From assembly GCF_006345805.1 (NCBI RefSeq), contig NC_043002.1, positions 77,686,001-77,750,000 of the forward strand: 64,000 nucleotides of DNA, in the 5' to 3' direction. Below are positions 13,029-24,891 of the stretch, one piece after another. How positions within the stretch are numbered: position 1 is the stretch's first letter; each line of letters begins with the position of its first letter. A program made the translations under genes and the position numbers. The notes below the pieces were generated by a model, which was given only the letters and a program-made list of their open reading frames with translations, ran no database searches and was not told where the DNA came from. Source of the DNA: Octopus sinensis (taxonomy: Eukaryota).

Positions 13029-13510
13029 GCATGTAAAAAGCACCCACTACACTCACGGAGTGGTTGGCGTTAGGAAGGGCATCCAGCTGTAGAAACATTG
13101 CCAGATAAGACTGGAGCCTGGTGCAGCCTTCTGGCTTCCCAATTCCCCAGTTGAACCGTCCAACCCATGCTAGCATGGAAAACGGACAGTTCCCCGTCGG
13201 TCGAATCCATCGTCTTCTCCGTAAGGGAAACTATGCTCAACGTGTTGGTGCCGGAGCCCCAGTCTACTTGGCTGCTGTGATGGAATATTTGGCTGCTGAG
13301 GTGTTGGAATTGGCAGGAAATGCTGCCAGCACGTAAAAAGCACCCACTACACTCACGGAGTGGTTGGTGTTAGGAAGGGCATCCAGCTGTAGAAACATGG
13401 CCAGATAAGACTGGAGCCTGGTGCAGCCTTCTGGCTTCCCAGATCCCCGGTCGAACCGTCCAACCCATGCTAGCATGGAAAACGGACGTTAAACGATGGT
13501 GATGATGATG
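13025..13510 (+). mobile_element. Tandem pair of RTE 3'-UTR repeat copies (about 13025-13187 and 13330-13510) enclosing an H2A fragment
   Basis: Both copies start near gtaaaaagcacccactac and run to atggaaaacggac; only the second has the (GAT)n tail. I count 7 differences over about 157 nt. Confidence 0.9.
13187..13329 (+). pseudogene. H2A: Histone H2A internal fragment (about residues Q24-R71); no start, stop or stem-loop
   Basis: [47 protein letters not shown] is unambiguous H2A histone-fold sequence, with an intact frame. Confidence 0.95.
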
Positions 13511-13745
13511 ATGATATATACATATATGTGTGTGTGCGTGTATTCTTTTTCTTGTTTCAGTCATTTGACTGCGGCCATACTGGAGCACCAACTTTAGTCA
13601 AACAAATCAACCCAAGGACTTATTCTTTGTAAGCCTAGTACATAATCTATTGGGCTCTTTTCCTGAACAGCTAAGTTACAGGGATGTGAACACACCAACA
13701 TCAGACATCAAGCGAATGTAGGGGGACAAAAACAGACACAAATAT

Positions 13746-13782
<37 letters not shown>

Positions 13783-14317
13783 CATATATATATACGAGCT
13801 TCTTTCAGTTTCCATCTACCAAGTCCACTCACAAGGCTTTGGTCGACCTGAGGCTATACTAGAAGACACTTACCCAAAGTGTCATGCAGTGGGACTAAAC
13901 CCAGAACCATGTGATTGGGAAGCAAGCTTCTTACCACACAGCCACACCTATATATATATTATATATATATTATATATTATATTAAAGTAATAAAGTTAAC
14001 GTCAGGTCATAGAGTGACCAATGGTTTTGCATCCATGAAGGTTATAGCCTTATGGATGACTCATCAGACTAGTCCAAAGACAAATTTAGCAATATTTATA
14101 TATATATATTGTGAGAGAGAGAGAGGGTGGGAGAGGGCAAGAAAGAGAGAGAAATATGTACAAGTGTGGGTGGGGTGATAAGAAGTGTGCTTCCCAACCA
14201 CATGATTCCAGGTTCAGTCCCATTGTGTGACACCTTGGGCAAGTGCCTTCTACCATAACCTTGGGTCATCCAAAGCCTTGTGAGTGGATTTGGTAGACAG
14301 AAACTGAAAGACCCATC

Positions 14318-14355
<38 letters not shown>

Positions 14356-14365
14356 TTTTAATCAT

Positions 14366-14465
14366 NNNNNNNNNNNNNNNNNNNNNNNNNNNNNNNNNNN
14401 NNNNNNNNNNNNNNNNNNNNNNNNNNNNNNNNNNNNNNNNNNNNNNNNNNNNNNNNNNNNNNNNN
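14366..14465. other. Assembly gap (100 N)
   Basis: Run of exactly 100 N. Confidence 1.
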
Positions 14466-15769
14466 AAGGTGCCACACAGTGGGACTGAACCCGGAACCAT
14501 GTGGTTGATGAGCAAGCTACTTACCACACAGCTGCTCCTGCACCTGAATAATAATTCTTCACCGAAGCCATTATTAATCTAGCAAACAAATTCTTCTTTC
14601 AAATAAGACACGCAGTACAAGTTAACATGGTGAATGGCTACTATCTGATCCAATCCATACACCCATGGCAACTATATATTCAACCGACTAGAAATGCAAA
14701 TACACCTCAGCAAACTCTACAGATTAAAAGTTATTATTTCTACCTTTTGAGGATCCATGCAGCAACAAAACACACATTCCAAAATAACAACATGTAGAAC
14801 ATAAATATGGAAAATAACACAGCAGAAAATTGACAAATATTTGTGTTTGATATAATGCTGGACAAACAAAGTAGTAGAATAATATAGGAAATCTTTTATC
14901 TTTTAATCTTTTAATTGTTTCAGTCATTAGACTGTGACCATACTGGTGCGCCACCTAAAAGAATTTTAGGAGTGGCTGTGTGCTATGTAGCTTGCTTATC
15001 AACCACATGGCTCCAGGTTCAGTCCTACTGCATGGCACCTTGGGCAAAGAGTCTGCTACTATAGCCTCGGACCGACCAAAGCCTTGTGAGTGGATTTGGT
15101 AGACAGAAACTGAAAGAAGCCCTTCGCATATGCATATGTATATATATATGTATGTCTGTGTTTGTGTGTCTGTGTTTGTCCCCCCACTCCCAACATCGCT
15201 TAACAACCGATGCTGGAGTGTTTACATCACCGTAACTTAGTGGTTCGGCAAAAGAGACTGATAGAATAAGTACTAGGCTTACAAAGAATAAGTCCTAGGG
15301 TCGATTTGCTTGACTAAAAGGTGGTGCTCCAGTATGGCTGCAGTCAAATGACTAAATCAAGTAAAAGAGTAAATGAATCAACCCATGTACATTTTGTTTT
15401 TAAAGCCTCGTACTTATTTGATTGGGTCTCTTTTTTCAGAACTGCAAAGTTAGGGAGACACAAACACACCAACACTGGTTGTCATGCAGTGGTGGGGGCA
15501 CAAACACGGACACAAAGATTATGTATATATATGTATGTGTGTGTATATGTTTGTGTGTCTGTGTTTGTCCCCCCCAAATCGCTTGAAAACCGATGCTGGT
15601 ATGTTTACATCCCTGTAACTTAGTGGTTCAGCAAAAGAGACCAATAGAATAAGTACTAGGCTTACAAAGAACAAGTTCTGGGGTCGATTTGCTCAACTAA
15701 AGGCGGTGCTCCAGCATGGCCACAGTCAAATGACTGAAACCAGTAAAAGAGTAAAGAGAGTATATATAT

Positions 15770-16071
15770 GTGGAGGCGCAATGGCCCAGTGGTTAGGGCA
15801 GCGGACTCACGGTCGTAGGATCATGGTTTCAATTCCCAGACCGGGCGTTGTGAGTGTTTATTGAGCGATAACACCTAAATAAAAAAGCTCAATGAGGCTC
15901 CGGCAGGGGGTGGTGATCCCTGCTGTACTCTTTCACCACACTTTCTCCTACTCTTTCTTCTGTTGGCCTGCTCGCTTAGCCAGCGGGGTGGCATCATTCG
16001 AAGGCTAGAACAATGCGAACGCATTGTGACCAACGATGTGTAACAACATCTGGTCTGGTCGGTCACATGAT

Positions 16072-16075
<4 letters not shown>
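15770..16075 (+). mobile_element. tRNA-derived SINE, young copy (third family)
   Basis: GGAGGCGCAATGGCCCAGTGGTTAGGGCAGCGG...GGTTTCAATTCC head with A and B boxes; CpGs retained. Confidence 0.8.
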
Positions 16076-16112
<37 letters not shown>

Positions 16113-16485
16113 AATCAAAATCGATCAACATCAATGGAAATTGTAGCTGTGATACCAGTGCCGGTGGCACATAAGAGAACCATCTGAACGTGGCTGTTGC
16201 CAGCGCCGCCCAGACTGGCCTCCATGCCGGTGGCACGTAAAAAGCACCACCCGATTGTGGCCGTTTGCCAGCCTCGTCTGGCACCTGTGCAGGTGGCATG
16301 TAAAAAGCACCCACTACACTCACGGAGTGGTTGGCGTTAGGAAGGGCATTCAGCTGTAGAAACACTGCCAGATCAGACTGGGCCTGGCGCAGCCTTCTGG
16401 CTTCCCAGACCCCAGTTGAACCCTCCAACCCATGCTAGCATGGAAAACGGATGTTAAACGATGATGATGATGATGATGATGATGA

Positions 16486-16526
<41 letters not shown>

Positions 16527-16769
16527 TATGCTGTGCTGGCACTCCATCATTTATGACAATGAGGGTTCCAGTTGATCCAATCAACAGAATAGCCTGCTCA
16601 TGAAATTAATGTGCAAGTGGCTGAGCACTCGACACAGATTGTGAAAGGACTGGTCCTTTGAAATTCAGGTACTACTCATTTTTGCCAAGCTGAGTGGACT
16701 GGAGCAACATGAAACAGGAACACTCAGAGAGCACAAACCTCTGCCAAGGCAACACCAATATCATCTCAA

Positions 16770-17085
16770 TGATTAGCCAGAGAAGATTTTTAAAATGAGA
16801 ATATCCGAAATAAATTTGACTGCTCTCACAAATGAGAATACTAAAAATGAACCTGACCGCTCTCAAAAATTAACTAAAAAAAAAAACAGAAAAATAATCC
16901 AGAATTCTTGGCTGTTACTAGATTGATCCCAAAATCTAACCAGTTCATGCCAGTTATGAATCCAAACATCCCTGAAAGTTTCATTCAAATCCATCCAGCG
17001 GTTCTTGAGATATCTTGTCCATGGACAAACAAACAAACACAACTGAAAATAATACCTCCACCTTAACAAAGGCAGAGATAATAAA
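16770..17085 (+). mobile_element. Possible non-autonomous Helentron/DINE-like repeat
   Basis: Contains aagtttcattcaaatccatccagcggttc...acaaacaaacaaac and a 3' hairpin ctccaccttaacaaaggcagag. Confidence 0.4.
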
Positions 17086-17589
17086 GTATTTTGCTCAAGG
17101 ACACAACATGTCACTGGGAATTGAACTCATGACCTCATGATTGTGAGCCGAATACCCTAACCACTAAGCCACGCACCTTCACCATGGCTGTGTGGTAAGA
17201 AGCTTGCTTCCCAACCACATAGTTCTGGGTTCAGTCCCACAGTGTGGAACCTTGGGCAAGTGTCGCCTACTATAGCCTCAGGCTGACCAAAGCCTTGTGA
17301 GTGGAGTTGGTAGATGGAAACCGAAAGAAGCCTGTTGTATATATATATATGTGTATGTGTGTGTGTGTGTGTGTACATGTGTGAGTGTGTGTGTGTGTAT
17401 CTGTGTTTGTCTCGCCACCATCGCTTGATCACTGATGCTGGTGTGTTTACATCCTCATAACTTAGTGGTTTGGCATTGTTCAATGAAAGGCAGCACTCCA
17501 GCATGGCTACAGTCAAATGAATGAAACAAGTAAAAGAACAAAAGAATAAAAGAATATATATATATATATTATTTAGTTTTTCCATAATG

Positions 17590-17900
17590 AGATAAAAAAC
17601 CAAGGCTGTGTAGATTTTAGAACATTTATAGATAGAAGATCTTACAGCTGTTTCCAGGATATTTATTATATCCCTTCATTGGAGATGGTGTGAGAGGATG
17701 GTTAAGAAATAGCTAATTTAGATAAGATATAAAATAGAGAGTGAGGTGGAGGAAATAAAAGAAAATGATGTGAGATATGTAAGGATATTGCATTTGTAGA
17801 TCCATTTTTTTAGGCAGAATATATATAATATTCCAATACCTTATGAGTAAAATCCAATAGAATTTTAAATTGGTCATTCCAAGTATAGAGTTTATACACA
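17590..17900 (-). mobile_element. Penelope-like element 3' end / pLTR with hammerhead-like motif
   Basis: Homologous to 33870-34140; contains CCAATGA..GAAAC-AGCT-GTA at 17639-17686; weak KVLES..YI-like C-terminal remnant upstream. Confidence 0.55.
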
Positions 17901-19604
17901 ATGTTATTGAATCCAGGGTTTTATTCAAAGTGACCTAAAAATAGGGAGTGTATTTTTATATACACACGCTGACATATGACCAACATTGAACCAATTATTC
18001 GCATAATCACCGAACCTGGAACTTAACTGCAGTCCATCTATACCACTTATTCAGCATTACCTGACACCTTCGGGTCTCAATGACACCATTACCTATCATA
18101 ACCTATGTGTGTGTGTGTTGGGTTTCTTTCAATTTCTGTCTACCAATCCTCTCATAAGGCCTTTGGTCAGCCAGGAGCTATAATAGAAAACACCTGCCCA
18201 AGGTGCCCACACAGTGGGTACTGAACACAAAGCCATATAACTGGAAGCAAGCTTCTTATAACACAGCCTGCACCTATAAAATGATTAGTATGATCCAATA
18301 ACCCTAACAATAGTTAGACTACACAACACTGTAACAAAATAATGGTATGAGATGTTTTGGCTTAGCCATTTCAGTGTTGCTTATGCTGACTTATTTGATG
18401 CCAGACATTTCAATGTTTCTCTCGTTTTCATGTTTCTTTCATTTTAATGCTTCTGTTGTTCAAGACAGCAAGCTGACAAAATCTTTAACACACCTGCTAA
18501 ATGACTAGGGGCATTTTGTCTCTTGTTATGTTCTGAGTTGAAATACAGTCAAGACAGGCTTTTCCTTTTATCCCTTTTGGGGTCAATATAATAAGTACGA
18601 GTTGATCACTGAAGTTGATTTAATCAACTTACTCACTCCACTGAAATTGCTGGCCTTGTGCCAAAATATGAAACCAATATTTCTCATGTTCAAAGTGGTG
18701 AGCTGGCAGAACCATTAGCATGGTTATAGTCCAATGACAAAAACCAGTAAAAAGGTTCAGTTCACTTTGTCTATGCCAACAAATAGGATTGTAGTCTCTC
18801 ATAGTCCAAGAATGACAGTTCTGCTATTTCTTGCTGAATAATCTGCACAGATGACTTGTTTCTAGTGATCAAATGTATGAGCTGTTCATTAGCTCACTAT
18901 CTCCATTGCCGTAAAAAAAACACCATTTGAGCGTGGCTGTTGCCAGTACCGCCTGACTGGCCCTTGTGCCGGTGGCACATAAAAGCACCCACTACACTCT
19001 CAGAGTGGATGGCGTTAGGAAGGGCATCTAGCAGTGGAAACTCTGCCAGATCAAGATTGGTGCCTGATGCAGCCATCTTGTTCGCCTGTCCTAAGTCAAA
19101 TCGTCCAACCATGCTAGCATGGAAAGCAGACGTTAAACGATGATGATGATGAAGGTTCACAGTGTAATACCATCATTTTCTCTTCTTTTACCTCCCCATA
19201 AGTAACTCTTTTAATACTAGCCTGATGTTATGATACAAGCTTCCTGTTTTAAAGTGATCTAAACAAAAAAAAAACCCTTCCATCAAAATTTCATGTTAGA
19301 TGCAAGTGTGACTATGTGGTTAAGAAGCTTGCTTTGCAACCATGTGGCTTCAGGTTCAGTCCTACTGTATAGCCCTCAGATCAACAAATGCCTAGTAAGC
19401 AGGAACTGTGAGAAAGCTCATTGTGTGTGTGTATGTGTGTGTGTGTTAGGGCATGGCTTAATGGTTAGTCTTGTCACATTTTTTGTAATGCTGAATTTTC
19501 CTAAGAACTACGTTAAGGGTATGTGTGTCTGTGGAGTGATCAAGTCACTTGCACATTCATTTCACAAGATGAACTGGAACCCTCGTTGTCATAACCAACA
19601 GAGT

Positions 19605-19728
19605 GCTATTTTACATTATTTACATTTGACGGATATTTGTTCTCATCTGGCTGATATACCCTCCAGCCTTCATCAGGTGTCTTGGGGAAATTTAAAACCT
19701 GGGTTCTCATTCCTAAGTTATTTTTCAA

Positions 19729-19764
<36 letters not shown>

Positions 19765-20097
19765 AGTCACAGCCTGGAATCGAACTTGGAACTGGAATCG
19801 AACTACGCCATATGCCCGTGGGTAATTATGGAGTGAATTTTTAGGGCTTATAAATCTAATATTTTCCTATACTTCCTTAATACCAGTTCCCATATGCATT
19901 TGGTCTGCTTAGGAGGTTACTGTGTCCTAGCATATGTGCTGCTTCTTTTAGGTTTCATATTTTCCAGTGGTGTTCTCTGTCTATTATTTTAACTTCATCC
20001 CACAGGGGGAGGTAGTCTCCATTTTTCCATACATTATCAGCTATACTCAATTTATCAATATCTCCTCGTGTCACAGCTTTGCGATGTTCCTCTATTT
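19605..20097 (-). mobile_element. Penelope-like element: GIY-YIG C-terminus plus 3' region with a hammerhead core
   Basis: KIEEHRKAVTRGDIDKLSIADNVWKNGDYLPLWDEVKIIDREHHWK..KEAAH is typical of a PLE endonuclease end; CTGATGA at 19676-19670. Confidence 0.8.
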
Positions 20098-20966
20098 TAT
20101 ATATATATATATATAAATTGTAGTGAAGACACCCGTGCCAGTGACACGTAAAAAGCACCGTCCGATCATGGCAGATGCCAGCACCGTCTGACTGGTGTCC
20201 GTGTCGGTGACATGTAAAAGCACCAACTGATCGTGGCCATTTGCCAGCGTGGTCTGGCCCCTGTGCATGTGGCACGTAAAAAACACCCACTACACTCACA
20301 GAGTGGTTGGCGTTAGGAAGGGCATCCAGCTGTAGAAACACTGCCAAATCAGACTAGAGCCTGGTGCAGCCTTCATGGCTTCCAGACCCTGGTCAAACTG
20401 TCCAACACATGCTAGCATGGAAAACGGACGTTAAATGATGATGATGATGATATATATACATATATATATATGAATATGTGTGTTTGTGTTTGTGTTTGTC
20501 CCCCACCACTGCTCAACAACCAGTGTTGGTTTGTTTACATCCCTATAACTTAGCAAAAAGCAACTAATAGAATAAGTACCAGACTTAAACAGAAATTAAA
20601 GACTGCGGAGGGGGGGGCGATTCGTTCAACTAAAAGTTCTTCAAAGTGATGCTCCATCATGGCCGCAGTCTAATGACTGAAACTCATAAAAGACAGGTAT
20701 TTCTATAGATATATGATAATGAAAGGGTTAAGGATAAAAATATTCAATCCCCACATTCTTTCATATATAATATAAATCAATCAACTCCAAATCTAATATG
20801 ATCTTTTTCTTCCACAAATTATCATATTCTAAATTACTATAACTCGTATGGCTTGAAGGCTTTTCAACACCAGGCTTCAGGTAAAAATCTACTACAATAA
20901 TAATGATAATAATGATAATAATGATAGATGATGATGATGATGATAATAATAATAATAATAATAATA

Positions 20967-21016
<50 letters not shown>

Positions 21017-21149
21017 TGTAGACACATTTTAAAGTCTCCATCAATGGTGTCTAAAGAACTTTGACATTAAATAGATATTTCACCTTATTCCTGTAAGGAG
21101 AATGTAAATATCTTTTCTCCCTTCCTCTTTGTGTATTTATTGTTATTTA

Positions 21150-21375
21150 TCATCATCATCATCATCATCATCATCATCGTCATCGTCATCATCATCAGTT
21201 GTAGTTGTCGTGGTAGTAATAGAAGTAGTTCTGGCTGTAGTGATGGCGGTTAGTAGTCATGGTGGTGGTCGGCGTTGTCATCATCATTGTAATAGTAGTG
21301 ATGTTGTTAGTAGTAGTGGTGGTAGTGGTAGTAGCCATGATAGCAGTTGTGGTGGTAATAGTCGTGGTGGTGGTG

Positions 21376-21409
<34 letters not shown>

Positions 21410-21548
21410 CAGCAGCAGCAGCAACAGCAGCTATAGTAATAATAGCAGTGAACATGGTAGTGGTGGCAGCAGTGGTGATTGTGGTGGTGGTGGTGGTGGT
21501 GGTTTTGGTAGTGGTGGTGGTGGTGGTAGTGGTGGTGGCAGTAGTAGT

Positions 21549-21580
<32 letters not shown>

Positions 21581-21590
21581 CAGTAGTAGT
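21150..21590. repeat. Compound trinucleotide low-complexity tract (CAT/AGT/GGT/AGC)
   Basis: Visible directly in the sequence. Confidence 0.95.
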
Positions 21591-22269
21591 TTTCATTTGA
21601 ATTTTTGATTCAGACTTTTTCCTTTTATTTTAAACACACACCCCTTCCACCCTCCACTCCTCTTTCTCCTGTCTGCTTCTGACTATTTATGGAGACACCA
21701 GATGATTGAGAGGAGAAAATGTGATAGGAAATAGCTGGCATGTACAGGGGAGAGTATAAGAGGAGGGGGAGGGAGGGAGGGAGGTAATATAAGAGGGAAC
21801 AGGTTGGAGAGGAGATCATGGTGGGAGGGACTGATATGAAGGTTACGAGGAGAAGGAAGAGGAGGAGGAGGAGGAAGAAGAAAAAGAAGGCGAAGGAAAT
21901 GAGGGGGGGAAAGCAAACAGCAGTGGGGAAAGAGATAATAGGAATTATATGAAGATGGTAGAAGCAGAAGCAAAAGTGGTGATGGGAAAGATTGATGGTG
22001 GTGCAGAGCAAAGATAAGATGTGGAAGGCAGGTTGTGATGCACATATGCACATGCATGCATGCACATACATACATGGTTGCAAATGCACAAAGATACACA
22101 CATACATACAGCCAGGTTTTAAGCGTATTCTTGCTTCATATGACACTTTTGCTAATGTGAAACCTTTGTCAGTTGAAAGTTCAGAAGAATCAAATTTTTC
22201 ATATACTTACAGGTGAAAAACAAGATATCTCATGAAGTAATGATGATGATGATGATAATAATAATGATA

Positions 22270-22314
<45 letters not shown>

Positions 22315-22554
22315 TGATGATGATGATGATGATGATAAGCATGATTTCAAATTTATGCCACAAGCGCAGCTTGTGGGGAGGGGATTAAGTTGATTACATT
22401 GACCTCTGTGCATAACTGGTACTTATTTAATCTATCCCGAAAGGATGAAAGGGGAAGTCGACCTGGGCAGAATTTGAACTCAGAACATAGTGATGGGCAA
22501 AATACCACTAAGCATATCATCCGGTGTGCAAACAATTCTGCCAGCTCACCACCT

Positions 22555-22602
<48 letters not shown>

Positions 22603-23276
22603 GATAATAATAATAATCCTATTATAGGCACAAGGTCTGAAATTTGGGGGTGGGAGTAAATCAATTACATCAACCCCAGTATTCAATTGGTACTTATTTT
22701 ACCAACCCTGAAAGGGTGAAAAGCAAAGTCAACTCCAGCGGCATTTGAACTCAGAACATGATGACGGACAAAATACTGCTATGCATTTCACACTATATGT
22801 ATATATGTATGTATGTTTAAACACAGATGCACAGACACACACACACACGCACATATATATGTATGTATATATATATATATACGTTGAGCTTCTTTCAGTT
22901 ACCTTCTACCAAATCCACTCACAAGGCTTTGGTCAGCCTGAGGCTATAGTAGAAGACACTTGCCCAAGGTGCCATGCAGTGGGACTGAACCTGGAACCAG
23001 GTTGTTCGGAAGCAAGCTTCTTACCATACATCCACACCTGCACCTATTATTATTGTTGTTATTGTTATTATCATTATTTGCCAAGGCAGCAAGCTCACAT
23101 AATCGTTAGTGTGTAGGAAAAAACGCTTAACGGCATTTACATGCTAAGTTCAAATTTCACCAAGGACAAACTTTGCCTGTTATCCTTTTATGGTTAATAA
23201 AGTAAGTACCACTTGAGCACTGAGGTTGACTTACACTCTCACCCGAAATTACTGACCTTGTACCAACATTTTAAAC

Positions 23277-23420
23277 CGTTATTATTATTTCATATACACA
23301 CAACAGCTTAAACTGTTGGAAAAGAAAAATTCCTGACACCAGGCCACCTTAGATGCCCAGAACCTTCCTAAGTATCCTAGCTGTCCCTAATAACACTGTT
23401 TTCTGGAGCTGCACTAAACT
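23277..23420 (-). mobile_element. Short 3' fragment of an R4/Dong-like RLE retrotransposon
   Basis: LQKTVLLGTARILRKVLGI* matches the C-terminus of the copy at 24029-24843; TTA-type repeats on both sides. Confidence 0.65.
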
Positions 23421-23559
23421 AATTATTATTATCATTATTATTGAGTGAGAGAGCAGTGCATGACATCAAAGTGACACTGGGGTACAAATATACAAAGCCC
23501 AGGATACTCATCATAACTACCCATCTGATAAGGGTACACTAGGTACATGCATCATAATC

Positions 23560-24005
23560 ATATGTGCACGACATATGTTTATCTTGATCTGATATCAAGA
23601 TAAACAGCATATGACTTTGCAGGTGGGGCCCAGTTAGAATTTTCTTCTGGTCGAGTAACCCATCCCGCTCAAAAGGTCCCTGAATAAGGGTTGTTTAAGA
23701 ATGTTGAACGAAACACCCATGTTTCCAGAGGTGAATTATTCAAACCCCAAAGAATCCCTCTAAACACACGGCTATGATGCTCCCCCACTACTTCTGCTCA
23801 TGATCAGAGATGCACATATCGTCAGCCACTAAGGAACATGTTCAACTGGTTAAGGTCAAACAACTGACAAGCAAATCTGTGGTATTGAGCAGAATATTTG
23901 CTGTAGCCCATCTTTTATACCAAGACAAAACAATGTACATGATAGCACTTCCAATTAGTTAAGATCAGAAGCCACGAGAGCCACTGCCTGGTACTGCATC
24001 AGGGC
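23560..24005 (+). mobile_element. Interspersed repeat, with a second copy at 35350-35880 (-)
   Basis: About 400 nt of high identity between the two loci (ccccactacttctgctc..gcagaatatttgctgtagcccatc). Confidence 0.75.
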
Positions 24006-24028
24006 ATTTTATTATTATTATTATTATT

Positions 24029-24842
24029 CAGTAGTTTTATTTTTATAGCATGCTTTCACTTCACTACTGAGCGCAGCCCTGTGTGCCTTGGGTATGTGCT
24101 GTGATTTGTTGTGATGCTTTGATGGTTACTGTATTGAAAGTGTTTTGAGTAGGATGTGTGCAGTGCCCAGTAGTGCAATTTTCTGTATGTTATATGTGTT
24201 TGTAAGTCCTGGTGTTTTTGTTATGTATGTGTTTGAATATTTTTTTATCATACCTAATGCGCCTACTGATAGGGATTGTTTCTGTTTTTAGATTCCACAT
24301 TCGAGTTACCTCTATTTCCAGGTCTTTGTATTTTGAAAGTTTCTCCATTTCTTTTAGAGACACGTTGATATCTACTGATATTGATACATCAATTAGAAAA
24401 CATTTTTTTCTTCATGATCTCTGACAACTATATCTGGCCTGTTGGACTTAATTTCTCTATCTGTGTGTATTGGCATATCCCAGAGTATGGTTGCTTTCTC
24501 GTTTTCTGTGATCTTTTCTGGTGTGTGCTTATACCATCTTTTTTCTGTTGTTATTCCATAATGTGGGCATAGCTTACAGTGTATGTAGGTCCCAACTCTG
24601 TCATGTCTGTGAATATATTCCTTCTTAGCCAGGACTGGGAAGCCAGAGATAATATGATTTATTGTTTCTTGTCCATCTCCACATATTCTGCAGCTACTTG
24701 TTATGTTTTTGGTAATTTCTGGTGGGGAGGCTTTGGTCTTGTGCTGCAATTAAAAATCCCTCCGTCTCTACTTTGAGTCCTGAGCTTCTCAACCATCACT
24801 GGGATTTTTCTTTGTCTATTTCTTTTGCATTTAGTTTAGTCC

Positions 24843-24843
<1 letters not shown>
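24029..24843 (-). mobile_element. 5'-truncated R4/Dong-like (RLE) non-LTR retrotransposon
   Basis: [21 protein letters not shown], zinc knuckle CRICGDGQETINHIISG..RHD, nuclease RPDIVV..LID..K..KYKDL and end QKIALLGTAHILRKTLSIQ* (stop 24126-24128); embedded in (TAA)n at both ends. Confidence 0.9.

Positions 24844-24891
<48 letters not shown>

Noticed and set aside
15770-15850. tRNA-like sequences here and at 4182, 44567 and 51938
   Set aside because: They continue into shared SINE bodies and lack a convincing cloverleaf, so they are SINE heads rather than tRNA genes.
21129-21608. 159-aa Gly/Ser-rich ORF
   Set aside because: It is a compound trinucleotide tract open in several frames on both strands, with no unique sequence or splice support.
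22110-22206. Minus-strand stretch YEKFDSSELSTDKGFTLAKVSYEARIRLKPG as an exon
   Set aside because: The donor is just a (TGTA)n microsatellite, the acceptor is weak, and no homology was recognised.
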